64,000 nucleotides of DNA from Antedon mediterranea (taxonomy: Eukaryota > Animalia > Echinodermata). The notes below the pieces were generated by a model. It ran no database searches. It saw only the letters and a list, made by a program, of their open reading frames with translations, and was not told where the DNA came from. The translations under genes were made by a program, and so were the position numbers. Shown one piece after another: positions 41,101 to 52,446 of the stretch. The stretch is from positions 17,378,871 to 17,442,870 of the forward strand of contig NC_092676.1 in assembly GCF_964355755.1 (NCBI RefSeq). The letters are read 5' to 3'. Each line of letters begins with the position of its first letter. The first letter of the stretch is position 1.

Positions 41101-44100
41101 TTATATTATATACTGTAGGGTTACAGTATTTCCTTTATTTTTTAAATTGACCCAATGTATTCATCAGATGTATCATGCAAATAATTCTGGCATTTTAGTT
41201 GCAAAACAATCAGAACATGTACAGTATATTTTCACAGCTCATATTATTTCTTGATGTCCTACATGCAAGGTTTAGAAAACAAAATGAGAGTGAAATTCTA
41301 TTAAAAGTCACCCCAAATTCCACGCTCCAAGAAAATTATATCAGTAACTCGGAAGTTAACTACCGTATACACTTTCAACATTTTTTAATGTGAAATAATT
41401 CAAATGTTCAAGTATTTGAAAACAAAATTGTTTTCATTTATTTATTCATTTCTAAAATATTTTATTGGAATCTGCCCAGTATTTTTCCAATAAACAAACA
41501 TGACTTACATTATAAGCATGTTTAACACCAAGTGATTTTGTGAACTCCTGAAAAACAATGTTTTGTGGATTTAAAAGTAGTGATGATTTTCAATTAAAAT
41601 GTACATAGTTGCTTACCACTAAACTGACAGAACCTCGTGGGCGATTGCCTTTCCTTGCTTCTTCACTCTGTAAGAAAAATAGATAAATCATTATTTATCC
41701 AAAAACAAATTAGGTTAGGATTGGATTTGAAAGCTAGCCCACGAGGTTAATTACATTATGACAAAAAGGAATGCTTCCCCCGGGGTGAATTTCTGTGGAA
41801 AAAACACTTTAAACAATGAAATTTACATGGTGAATAAAGATTTGATTTAATATTCCTGAGTCTGTACATTAAGTATAATTTTTCCAGATGTCAAACTGTA
41901 TACTTCCTAACAGATCTATTTTTGTTGCACAGTATAAAGTTGATATCGATCAAATGCATAGTAATACAGGTGAGAAGACTAGTGTGCAGGTAGTACATTA
42001 TTGATTGACAAGAAGACATTTAAAGTAAAGCTCTGTCTACACTATCAAATTAGTTTGACAGAAAAGTGTGATGTACCCAAATAATGATAGTGATATGCCC
42101 AAATATGGTAGTGATATAACATCATCATGTTCGTATATGGGCACATCACAATTTTTTCTCACATAAAGTTTGATAGTGTAGACAGAAACTTAAAACCAAC
42201 CGTTTTAACTTTTAGAGACCCTTTTTTCCTATATGCTTGTCTATAGGCCTAATGTACATTTTTCAAGATAATTAGTTAAGTTGTTACGTTTTTATATTGT
42301 GTTTTAAATTGTATTGTATCTATGTTTCTAAGTTTAGGAAAACAAATTTAATGTATGTAACATTATGTGACAATAAATTGAATATTGAAACTTGAATCTC
42401 TTGAACCATGGAGGAAAAAATAATTTTTTCCTCCATGCTTGAACAGAGCTCAACAATTATGTTTACTCTGTTAAAGCCAGAAGTACAGTACAGTACTGTG
42501 CAAATAAATACAAGATGGTGATTCATATCCAATTAATAATCCAAATAAGGCCATTTAATCCAGCTTAAGTTGTCAGTACTGTGCATTTATGTTGATTTCA
42601 TCAGGGAGTTGTAAACTCCCTGATTTCATGAATGTTTTTCCTAAATCTCAAAATTTGTAACTTAATAGTTTATTTTTGATTAACCTCTGAAATGAACAGC
42701 AGTATGTGTATACATTTAATATATACAAAAAATTAATAGAATAATGCGTATGTTTTTTTGGCATCATCTTTCATCTAAACACGCTTTGTAACTACTGCAA
42801 TCAACACCTTTTGATTCAGCTTGATTAATATGTCAGAAAAATGTGTAGAATAATAATTAATTGTTTATTCTCCTCCTGATTGGAACATGGAGGAAATAAT
42901 AATACTAATATTTTTCTTCCATGATTGAACATAATGGATTTACAAATTATAGACAAATTTATATTGCAGAATGTACATAATAAAGAATTAAAATACAGTA
43001 TTTTTCCCCAAAAAAATTTAATTTTTATTTAATAGTTTTAAAAGGCATGTATATGTATTGAACAATCTGAACAATCTACTATGATGGACGTAAACCTATA
43101 TTTATTTCGCTTATATCTCCTCCAAAAATACATCTTTGTAACTTCATTAATTTTTTGACAATTATTGACAAATGACATTCAATCCTTCATTTATAAACAA
43201 AAACCAGGAATATATTATGCATGGTTGCTATGGTTACTAGCAATGCATAGATTATTTAACCAAAATCAATTTCACACATGGTTATTTAATTACAAGGCTA
43301 ATAAACTTGATAACCTCTGGGGATTTTGATATTATAACAAACTATTATTATATAACACTCTTACATAACCACATCATCCAAATAACAATCTTTATCCTAA
43401 AGAGTACTCTGTGTCTATATGATGTATCATTTTTGTTATTTAACATAATAATTATTTACTAATAATATTCAGAAAAATAATTAAAAAAAACGACTAGAAA
43501 TACTGAACTAGCAAAATACCAAAATTTTTGACAAAATCAATTTGATACAATCTACAAATATTAGAAATTAATATTATTATTCAATTTTTTTATTTCAACT
43601 TTATTTATAGAGGATAACCCTTCTCCCAGTTGATATTCACGAGGCCTCTTAAATTCCAATATAAAACAGACAAAAGTATGACAACTACTAGGTACAGTGA
43701 TTTTAATCAAGTCCAAAGCCGCCCTACTGAATATAGAATAAAATGTAATTGTTATCATGGATGTCACCTGAAAGAATGGTATAACTATTTATTATCTAAA
43801 TAATGACAGTTTATTATTATGAATAAACATTAATTAGTAAACAAAACTATTCCTTACTTCTACTACAACAATTAATGGAATAGTATCGCTATTTTATCTA
43901 CTATTAAATAAAATAAATAGTTTATCATTCATAATTATGAAACATTAATTTTAAATAAAAATATCATTTTTATACTTAATTAACAATTAATAAATACAAA
44001 GTAATATAAACTATAATTATTCTTATTATCCCCATTAATACAGTTATAAGTATCAGAATTAAAAAATTAATTGATATTCAATATTACCTTAGGAATTAAT

Positions 44101-47100
44101 ACTATCTCTACTATGATAGATTCATATTTTGAATTGTGCAAATAACTTTTAACAATCAATAAAATTCCACTGAATTTATATATATTTTATTACTCTTTAG
44201 TGTAGAAATTAACATTCATTATATACAATAAAAATTGTTGCCTGTATGTAATGTAATACATTAAAACAACTCTTTGTATTTAGCATAGCCTAACAGAAAA
44301 TAAAAATATATGATTCTGAATTCGTAACTAGACTAAAATTTAAATGACATACCATGAATGACTCCAAAATGAATATTAGTCTCAAAGTAAACATTCATTA
44401 TATTTGATAATGCTATGAAATGCCATGATTGTCTCATATAAAATGCTTTCGAAACCTAATTAATCAATGATAGCAAAAGTATCATTCCTACAGTAAATTT
44501 CTGGAGAAAAATAAATTTTTAGTAAAATTTCAGATTGCATTGCAAACTACACATTCATTATGGATACATTTTATCTAAAATCACTCTGATATAATGTACG
44601 TCATTAAAAAACGCTCACTCGTGTATACCAAAATGCTCTTTGAACCTAATTCATATACACTATATAACAACAACAGAATAACAGAATTGTGAATTTTAAC
44701 CTATTTAATTTACTTTAAATACAACAACTTACAATTTGTGATATAACCTCAATTGGATACTGGAATATTCTATGCTTATACAAACATCGTCTGTCACTGC
44801 TAGTCGTGTCTGAAGTATGATGAAGAAAGTCTAATGCAGCGAGCACTTATTATCGTTTGACGTCAAACGCATACAAATCAATACCATCAAGAAATTCCTG
44901 AACCACGTGTAATGATTTGTTGAGAAGGAAATTATTGATGAAAACCATTACTAAAATCTTTAGTTCTAAATTCCTAATTGTTTTTGGAATGAAATTGCCT
45001 CATCATCTAAATCAATGTGCAGAATGTAGAATTACAGAATAAATGTAAACTACATACACTAAATAAATTAATTACCAAATTATTAGGGATACAGTATTAA
45101 AATAAATTATACAAATAACAGTCAGACTGTTTCCTGTTTTTCTAAAAATAACATTTTTCAGGTTTAAAGTGCAGGTTATTATTTTTATTTATATTTTAGT
45201 TTTGTTAATTATATTACTTAAAGTCCTATCCCCCACAATATAAATACATTATTACTTTCAAAACATTAAACAGTCATTCCTTGTCTTAAATATACTACAC
45301 TACCTATCGTTTTGTGTTGAATGTCCTCTCTTGGACAGTTTTATGCCTTATGCTTAGTTTTGTAGGCCTAGCTAGTAAACAACACTGATATACGAATATC
45401 ATACACTAGCAATAGGCCTAGCCTGATGTTGTCTAGTTGCTGTATTAATAGGTATTGCTAAACCCTGCAAACCTCCAAAAAAAACATAGCAAACCTCACC
45501 GACCCAACATAAAAGTGATTGAATCATGTGGTGTACAACCCACTGGGTCCCGTATTAATTGTCCTTCTGTTTTTGCCAGAATCTGTTAATACAGATTGGG
45601 GAAAACCCGATATTTCCGCTGAAAAGTTCTTTTTGATCGATCGAAAGTGGGCAAATCACAGAAGAAAAACGAAAATATCAATCCACATGCAATGCATGTT
45701 GGGATTATAGCGGGCCGCTTAAATGATTAGAATCGACTTATTTTTCACATTTTTAACTGTTTATGGACATAAAAATTTATTGCAATAGGACCATATAGTA
45801 TTTATTTTTACATTAAATTATACTGTAGTTTGTGACCTTAAATTAGATTTAAAAGATGTAGGGAATGTAACTATGGTACAAAAAATGGGTTTATTGTGTT
45901 GAAAAAGATATTTATCCTATAATATTCTAAATCCATAGATTACTAAAATATGGTGATGCTGTGTGTATAAGTGGATGGATCTCAGTGGAGATACAAATAG
46001 AATAAGCATAAAGCTATATCAAATCAATAAATTATTATATGCCAGAACTCAATTGCAAAGCTTTCGGGCAATTCTAGACCTTTCTCAGTGCGAAAGTATT
46101 ATATATTGGCTCAGCCTATATATTGTGCCAGTTCTGCGGTACATTTCATTTCCAAACCTGAGCTGCACTGACGAGATCTAATAAGATCGAAACAGTACTG
46201 TTTGCAGATTGTATATTATTATTATACAGATATTGACTGCTTAGAGGTTAAATATAAGATTTGACATCCCCGAGGGAATGATATTAAGTTCGAGGGAATA
46301 TATATTTCCCGAAGCGCCAATATTTTACCGATATATTTTATTATATAAGCCAAGAACAAGTCCTATAGTATTTGTATTGTATGTAAACAAGCCTGCCGAG
46401 ACACCTTACCTTGCGAAGAATAATATACAGATAATTACTAATTAATGATTCCTTGGCAATAAAATATTCACTTTGGCCTAGGTCGTTTAAATTAACAGAA
46501 GAATTTCCATCAATAAGCCTATTAATAATAATATTATAATCAGGTACTGTAGGCCGAATAAACAATTCGTCTTCTTCTCTTCGCGTACTAGTTACTAGGT
46601 TACTACCGTGAGTTTTGACCAATCACAAACGGTGTTTCATCACATTTAGGGAGGACTAATAACAAATGAGGGTGCTATGTATGCATAGCTTAAATAGTTT
46701 AAAAGATTAATTTCTTCAAGCAAGTTCCGTGGCGCAGCGGTTGAAGTGTTGTCTTGTGATGGAGTGACAATTCCATCCGGAGTTCAAGATCCAGTAGATG
46801 ACTTTTGTTTATTTATCGGCAAATGCGAGTGTTGCACACGAAAATTACACAGTCAATATCATCGAACTCGAGAATTTATATGATTAATGACAGGGGACAC
46901 GATAATTACGCGAAAATTACTCAGTCAATATCATCGTTCTCGATGATATATACGATTTACGATCCTCGCAGCGGTAGTCATTTGACGCAGTTTCAACCAA
47001 TCACATTCACGTATTTACATAGGCTACAGTATGTAATATATATATATATCTTTCTTCTTTTTGTAATAAGATCTGTGATATTGAAATAAACAAAGTAACA

Positions 47101-50100
47101 TTATACATGGGTTAATACTCACCACATAATAGTTAAGTTGACCAGATATTGGGTCCAAAACAAACCAGCGAAACTGCCAACCTTTCATAACATTTGTATA
47201 TTTATTCAAGCTACCCTCATAGGGTTGACTGTTAAAAAAAAACATATGGTTAATAAAAAAATTCATTCATAAACCATGTACTGCTTTAGCAATGTGTATA
47301 GGAATATGAAAATACATAAGTACAATGTACGACCAAGTCAAAAGGTAAAGGTATTAATATTTGTCCTCAAACTGAGAAAATTCGGATTAGGCCATCAACA
47401 GACCCACAGCAGCCAGCAGCGCCTACCAGATCAGCATGCTGGGAGATGATCCCTTACCCTTTACCAATAGTGTACCAAGTTCTTCTACGTGCACTATGTA
47501 CACGGGACCAACGGCTTTATGTCCCATCCGAAGGACGAGGCAATGAGAGTAAGGCATCTTGCCTAAGGTTACATACTCGAGTATACAATAATAAGGTTTA
47601 TCGCAAATAGCTTGCACAATGCATGATGGGAAGGGTTTGGGAGCAAACGTCACGACGCGTACGTGCAAACAACAAATCACGTACGTACGCGTTGTGACGT
47701 TTGCTCCCAAATCCTTCCCATCATGTATCGCACACGCTATTTGCGATAAACCTTATTCCAACTCTTAATTTAGGCTAGACAGAAAGACTGAGACACACTA
47801 GGACGATAACAATAAATAGAATATAAACATACTTTATCTTATAATTACATAAACAAAAGAAATTAGACAGTTTTCATTCTAAAACTATAGTAAACATTTG
47901 CAAAGTCTTAATTTAATTATTAAAGAATAAATTTTTTTTTTTAAATCCAATCAAATGACATCAAGATATTATTTCTTTTACTAATCATATCATTTGATTG
48001 GACGTGTGAAAATATAATTTTCAACAAAGACAGCATAGATGTTATCTTATATTTTGTATGGTGAAAACCTTTTAGATTTTGTTTTTTATGAAGGAAAAAT
48101 GCATCATTCATTCATTATCGTCTTATAGTGTGATAGGCCTTAAGACTTTTGTTAAATCCATTGTTAATGTGCAATTCAATTATAATCACATGCCATAAAA
48201 GGACTGGGACTAACTGTATATTCAATCAATATGGTATTCACAACAACATAATAATACAATAAAATATGTATGATTTTATACTTACTTTAGACTTGCTTCA
48301 TCCTCCATTTCCTAATTTAATAATGATAAAATATAATAAAAAAACTAATTAACAGTACATCAATGGTATGGGTAACAATAGGAAACAGAAGGAGGCATAT
48401 TCTAAAAACATAGGCTATAGTACATCCAAGATTCAAGGCGTTTCTTTGTACATTTTTTAATTCTCTACATATATCATTGTATGAATGAGGCTAATATGTT
48501 TGATATTTGTAAAATTGTGTACAGTACAGTACATTGTGCTTTACACTATTAAGCCAATGCATTTTTGATAGCTATAATTGGATTGGAACAATTCAAGCAT
48601 GAATTATCAATATCATTTCATTGTGTATTTTTGATGAGCGTAATATATTTACCTTGTTAGGTCAACACAAATTTGACAACAATCAGTGGAAAAGGTATAG
48701 GGAAAATTCATGCTATGATAACCAATGCAATCGAACAGTTGGTATTTTGGTAGTAACCTCCAAAATTGTGGCGCTAATTACACCATGGAAAATATGAGTT
48801 TAGCAGTCTCACTTTGAAACAGATTCTATTTTTACATACAAAACAAACGTTTGTAATGGTAATAATAAATATCCCTTTTTTACTGACTGTAGCAAAAAGT
48901 ATAAATGATTTGCATGCCACCAGTCAATTTTAGAACATTACATCTAGTAAAATCAAGTTGTATATGATTTTCATAACAAAATAGAAGTTGATTTTTAATG
49001 TGGCCACATGTAATAGGTGCAGAGTCGGAGGGAAAATGGCATCCTTCCCACGTCACCCTTTGAACAACATAATTTCAATTACCTTAACTTTATTAAATTC
49101 TGAATGGTGATATTTACTTAAATTATTAATAATTAACAGCGCATATTCCTTAATATTATTTTAGAGATATTATATTAACATGTATGGAAATTCTGTAATA
49201 CATGTGGTGCCTTTAATTTCGCTTTGGGTTACTGTAACTGTAAGTTAGGTATGGCCTGTACGATACAGATGTCACATGTGATACTGATACAGTAGGTCAC
49301 TCTATTTACAGAATTTACATGACAAACTAGAGAAACAGCACTCAAAATCTGCTGTTTTCAAATCCAAAGTAAATGGTTGGGAAATTAAGAATAATGTGTT
49401 TAAAGGAATTAACTTTGCAACTCTCTCACTTTCAATTCTCTGGTGAAATGAACAAAAAGTATTCACATGAAATTGAACAATAATAATGATTAATTTCATC
49501 ATATTAAAATGTAAATTGGCATTGATGAATAGGTAGTTATGGACTCGTATTTCAATAGAAATTACAATATATACTAAGTAAAATATATTGTTGAATGGCT
49601 GTGAATGTATAATAATGAGTCCATAAAAAACCTGTTTTGGAAGAAAATATTCAAGATGCAACTTATTAGACAATATCCAAAAATTAAGTGTATATTGAAA
49701 TGAGCCAATATTAAGATTTATATGATAAAATTCTCAATTTACAATTACAATTTTGTTTAAATTTTGCAATGTGTAATATAAAATAAGATTCTATAAAATT
49801 GACACCTACAGTACTGTATCAATACTGAAAAGCAAGCTATTTTTATCTGCCTTAAAGACCCATTCCCTACAACTTTGGATCTTTTGCAAAAATAATGCAT
49901 GGAATATTAATTTAAAAACATTAAACCAGGACATTCCCAAGTCTTAAAATGAATGCCGGACGCAACTGCATCGGCCGCTGCACCTCAACCTCCGAGTATG
50001 CAGTCTGAAGGTTTTTCCCCAGCCGTACTGGAGGCCATCGCAGCAGCGGTGCAAGCTCTACCGAGGGAGGCTGTGCCTTCAGCATCCTCATATAAATTTC

Positions 50101-51160
50101 CACCTGTGCCAATGCTGCCTCCACAGTAGTTTAAAGGAAGAGGGACAGACCCATCGCCGGATGCTGGTACGACAATAAAACCATGACCTCACCGGTTAGT
50201 GAGGGACGTTCCGATGCTGCACAGGGTCAATCGTGTAGTTCCTGCTGTACTGTCGTACATCAGAGTCGAGTACGTGTACGATGCTCTAAAGACCTTTTGA
50301 GTATGCGCTCCACTCAAGCGAGTGACGACCTGTCCAGTCGCGTCACTGGACCCCAAACTGGTCGCCAGGCTAGAGGCCATTGCCAACGAGCCGAAGGCCC
50401 GTAGGGCTGCACCGCAAGATCTAGCTGCAGCCTTCCTGTTTCCGCAAAACGATATCATTAATGTCGGCTGCCACGCGAAAAGTCAATTGCCTCCAGGCCA
50501 CTGACATCGCGCCCACGCATTACCACCGCTTTATGTACAGCAAGTCATTCGGTGTCGTGGATCTCTTTTATTTACCGTAATTGTGCTGAAAAAAAAAAAG
50601 TGGGCTCGCGCATATGTAACAGGTGCGGGATGTTGCTACATCCTGGGCGTTGTACGCTGGTGTTTTTTTTTCACCGATATACACACGAAATAATCTATAC
50701 ATAACGGATTAAAGGTATAACCGACCAATCAGAACTGACTGGGTTGACGACGTTTCTATACTTGTAAGTTTAGAAGTAATTTTTAGGCCAGGAAGTGGGG
50801 GGGGGGGGGGCTTCCCTGCTTAATATTAATAATAAAGAGGTATTATTATGCCTAGCCCCACCTAGGCCTAGGCCTATAACCTAACGTAGGAGCCTAGTAG
50901 TAGTAGTGGTACGCCTTCTTCTAGGCAGAGAGTAGTATATACTGTAGGCCTAGCTAGCTAGGCCCTACTCTACTAGTACTACTACTACTAGGCTAGTTTG
51001 TTTTGAATAAGACGTAACGGACACGTGGATTTATTGACACGTGGATTGAGCTTACCTTCACTTTCCGAAGCACACCTATCAAATGCGTTTTTTCTGTTTC
51101 CGATAACCCGGTCATATCAGGAGCGAATTCGCTGACCTCGGTGGTAGGCACCGTTGCCAT
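23153..51160 (-). CDS. OSBPL11: Oxysterol-binding protein-related protein, ORP10/ORP11 type (PH + ORD), ~694 aa, 17 exons
   Basis: Exons in transcript order: 51056-51160, 48286-48311, 47123-47228, 41617-41667, 39659-39823, 38933-39166, 38094-38135, 37235-37377, 33547-33635, 28672-28802, 27624-27791, 26696-26852, 25998-26108, 25040-25200, 24588-24704, 23797-23958, 23153-23269. All GT-AG and in phase (2085 nt). Motifs: [16 protein letters not shown] (PH), [55 protein letters not shown]. Probably co-orthologous to OSBPL10/11; first two exons less certain. Confidence 0.92.
24094..24250. mobile_element. Palindromic MITE family B
   Basis: agcttggttcccactag..acgcaacgcaaggacgta...tacgtccttgcgttacgttctagtgggaaccaagct. 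Diverged copies at ~53890-54040 and ~55275-55420. Confidence 0.8.
29062..29935. mobile_element. ~870-bp unclassified non-autonomous element with a long subterminal hairpin (copy 1)
   Basis: Highly similar to 46222-47040. ~65-bp inverted arms at 29088-29232. tRNA-like A-box segment gttccgtggcgcagcgg at ~29693. Confidence 0.85.
31470..31860 (-). pseudogene. Highly decayed LINE 3' fragment
   Basis: Minus-strand traces [22 protein letters not shown] in the order expected for a CR1/L2 ORF2 end. Confidence 0.35.
34538..36460. mobile_element. 1.9-kb non-autonomous hAT-like element with 5-bp TSD (hAT5-like)
   Basis: Perfect 16-bp TIR cagggctcgcagaatc / gattctgcgagccctg, ggatg duplicated on both sides, subterminal ttgccc repeats at both ends. 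Confidence 0.82.
36903..37196 (-). mobile_element. tRNA-derived SINE with Nin/Deu-like central domain
   Basis: Minus strand: tRNA-like head with A and B boxes, then ggataaggactataaaccgtag..gcactttaaagaacc..gagtagggggttaccccggt. Close copy at 56131-56441. Confidence 0.82.
40670..41100. mobile_element. Fold-back/MITE element with ~140-bp diverged TIRs
   Basis: tgactctacta..gttcaaga..tgtgagtcaagttgt..ttggaacaaccca..gtagctact..atgtcaagtct is mirrored in reverse complement at 40968-41100. Confidence 0.8.
46222..47040. mobile_element. Copy 2 of the hairpin element at 29062-29935
   Basis: Same sequence and orientation, but lacks the right hairpin arm and has a short internal duplication near 46840-46945. 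Confidence 0.85.
47400..47570 (-). mobile_element. Partial SINE related to the Nin/Deu-like family
   Basis: Minus strand cgtccttcggatgggacataaagccgttggtcccgtgtaca..gcacgtagaagaac parallels the central domain of the 36903 SINE. Confidence 0.55.
47591..47757. mobile_element. Near-perfect palindromic MITE (~78-bp arms)
   Basis: aataaggtttatcgcaaatagc...gcgtacgtg, short loop, cacgtacg...gctatttgcgataaaccttatt. Confidence 0.82.
49950..50510 (+). pseudogene. GC-rich decayed ORF, possibly an LTR-retrotransposon gag fragment
   Basis: One plus-strand frame reads [51 protein letters not shown] with a few stops. The P..F.G..D motif resembles gag. GC content far above the surroundings. Confidence 0.35.
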
Positions 51161-51254
51161 TTTTTTGGTGTTGGACCTTTAAATATAGATGGCGACAAAC
51201 TGAATAAACAAACGCACATGTGATTAGGCTCAGGGAATTGTAAATAAAAATTAG
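51161..51254. promoter_or_regulatory. Probable compact bidirectional promoter / 5' region of OSBPL11 and TRMT12
   Basis: OSBPL11 ATG at 51160 (-). Candidate TRMT12 non-coding exon donor AG|GTAGAC after 51254 (+). YY1-like agatggcg at ~51187. CTAG-rich tracts on both sides. Confidence 0.5.
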
Positions 51255-52446
51255 GTAGACATTTTCGATAAAAATACAAGGCAAAAGCGAATTTAAATTT
51301 AAATTACTACTATACTAATCTATAAACGATAGATGTAGGTTATTTTTATTTCGGATCAGTGCAGCCTAGCCTAGAACTAAGCCTCTAGTAATACTGTATA
51401 GATAGGCTTTTAGCTAGGCCCAGTCCTAGCTAAGCTAGGCTAGTATAGTACTAGTAGGGCCACTCCATGGTTGGGCCAAGGTTAGGCTAGGGTGCGGCCT
51501 AGGCCTAGAAAGTGTCTCAGTCTCAATAGGACCATATAATATTTATTTTTACATTATACGTAGTTTGTGACCTTAAATTATATCTAAAAAACGTAGGGAA
51601 GGGGTCTTTGAATAATGCCGAGATGCTTTGACAATTGAATTGGAATTCTTTATTTTAAACAATCAAAATGTTTAAAGCAAAATCTTTATTTAATTCTGCT
51701 ATCGAGTTAAAATAACTATTGTGAGTTTTGAGAAACTATTCTCATCATCAGTACTTATATACAGTACCAATAGGACAGGTTGTATGTAAATGAGGAAGTA
51801 ATTAGCATATTAAACACACACCCGACTCCGGGATAACCACTCCTTAAACTTTGCGTCTTATATAAGTAAAATAACAGCATCTATGAATTTATCGAAGCGC
51901 CTGTATACTATAATACTTGACCTTAAGGAATATCATTCAGCATTTACTGGGAATGTAATAAACATGCATCTGTTGTACAGTATTGTAAATAATCATAGCC
52001 TTCAATCAACTCAGGCTGTTTTTTTCTTCTATTATACTATGTTTATTATAAAACACTTCATTATTATATTAAACAAGGCCATATACATGGTTGCAGGCGC
52101 ATGCTCAAGTTAGTGTTTACCAACCGACATAGTGAGCTGTCGCATTGCACGTGACTAAAAATGCCTACCATCAAGTCTTGCACATTCAGCAGATTTTCTA
52201 GGTCTATTGAATTAATAAAATAATATAGCATGTAATAATATAAAATCTATTTATGCAAGGACCAGAAGAGGGCCCCCCCTTTCCTCCTATTGGGTCCTGC
52301 TTCTACTAAAATCTTACACATGTGCTTTTCTCTAAACGTAAACCTGGCATGTATGTAATAATTCAGTAATTAGATAATTGTATATAAAGTAGTTCATATA
52401 TACAGTAATCTTTCATGCTCATATTTTCTTATTCAATAGACAGACA

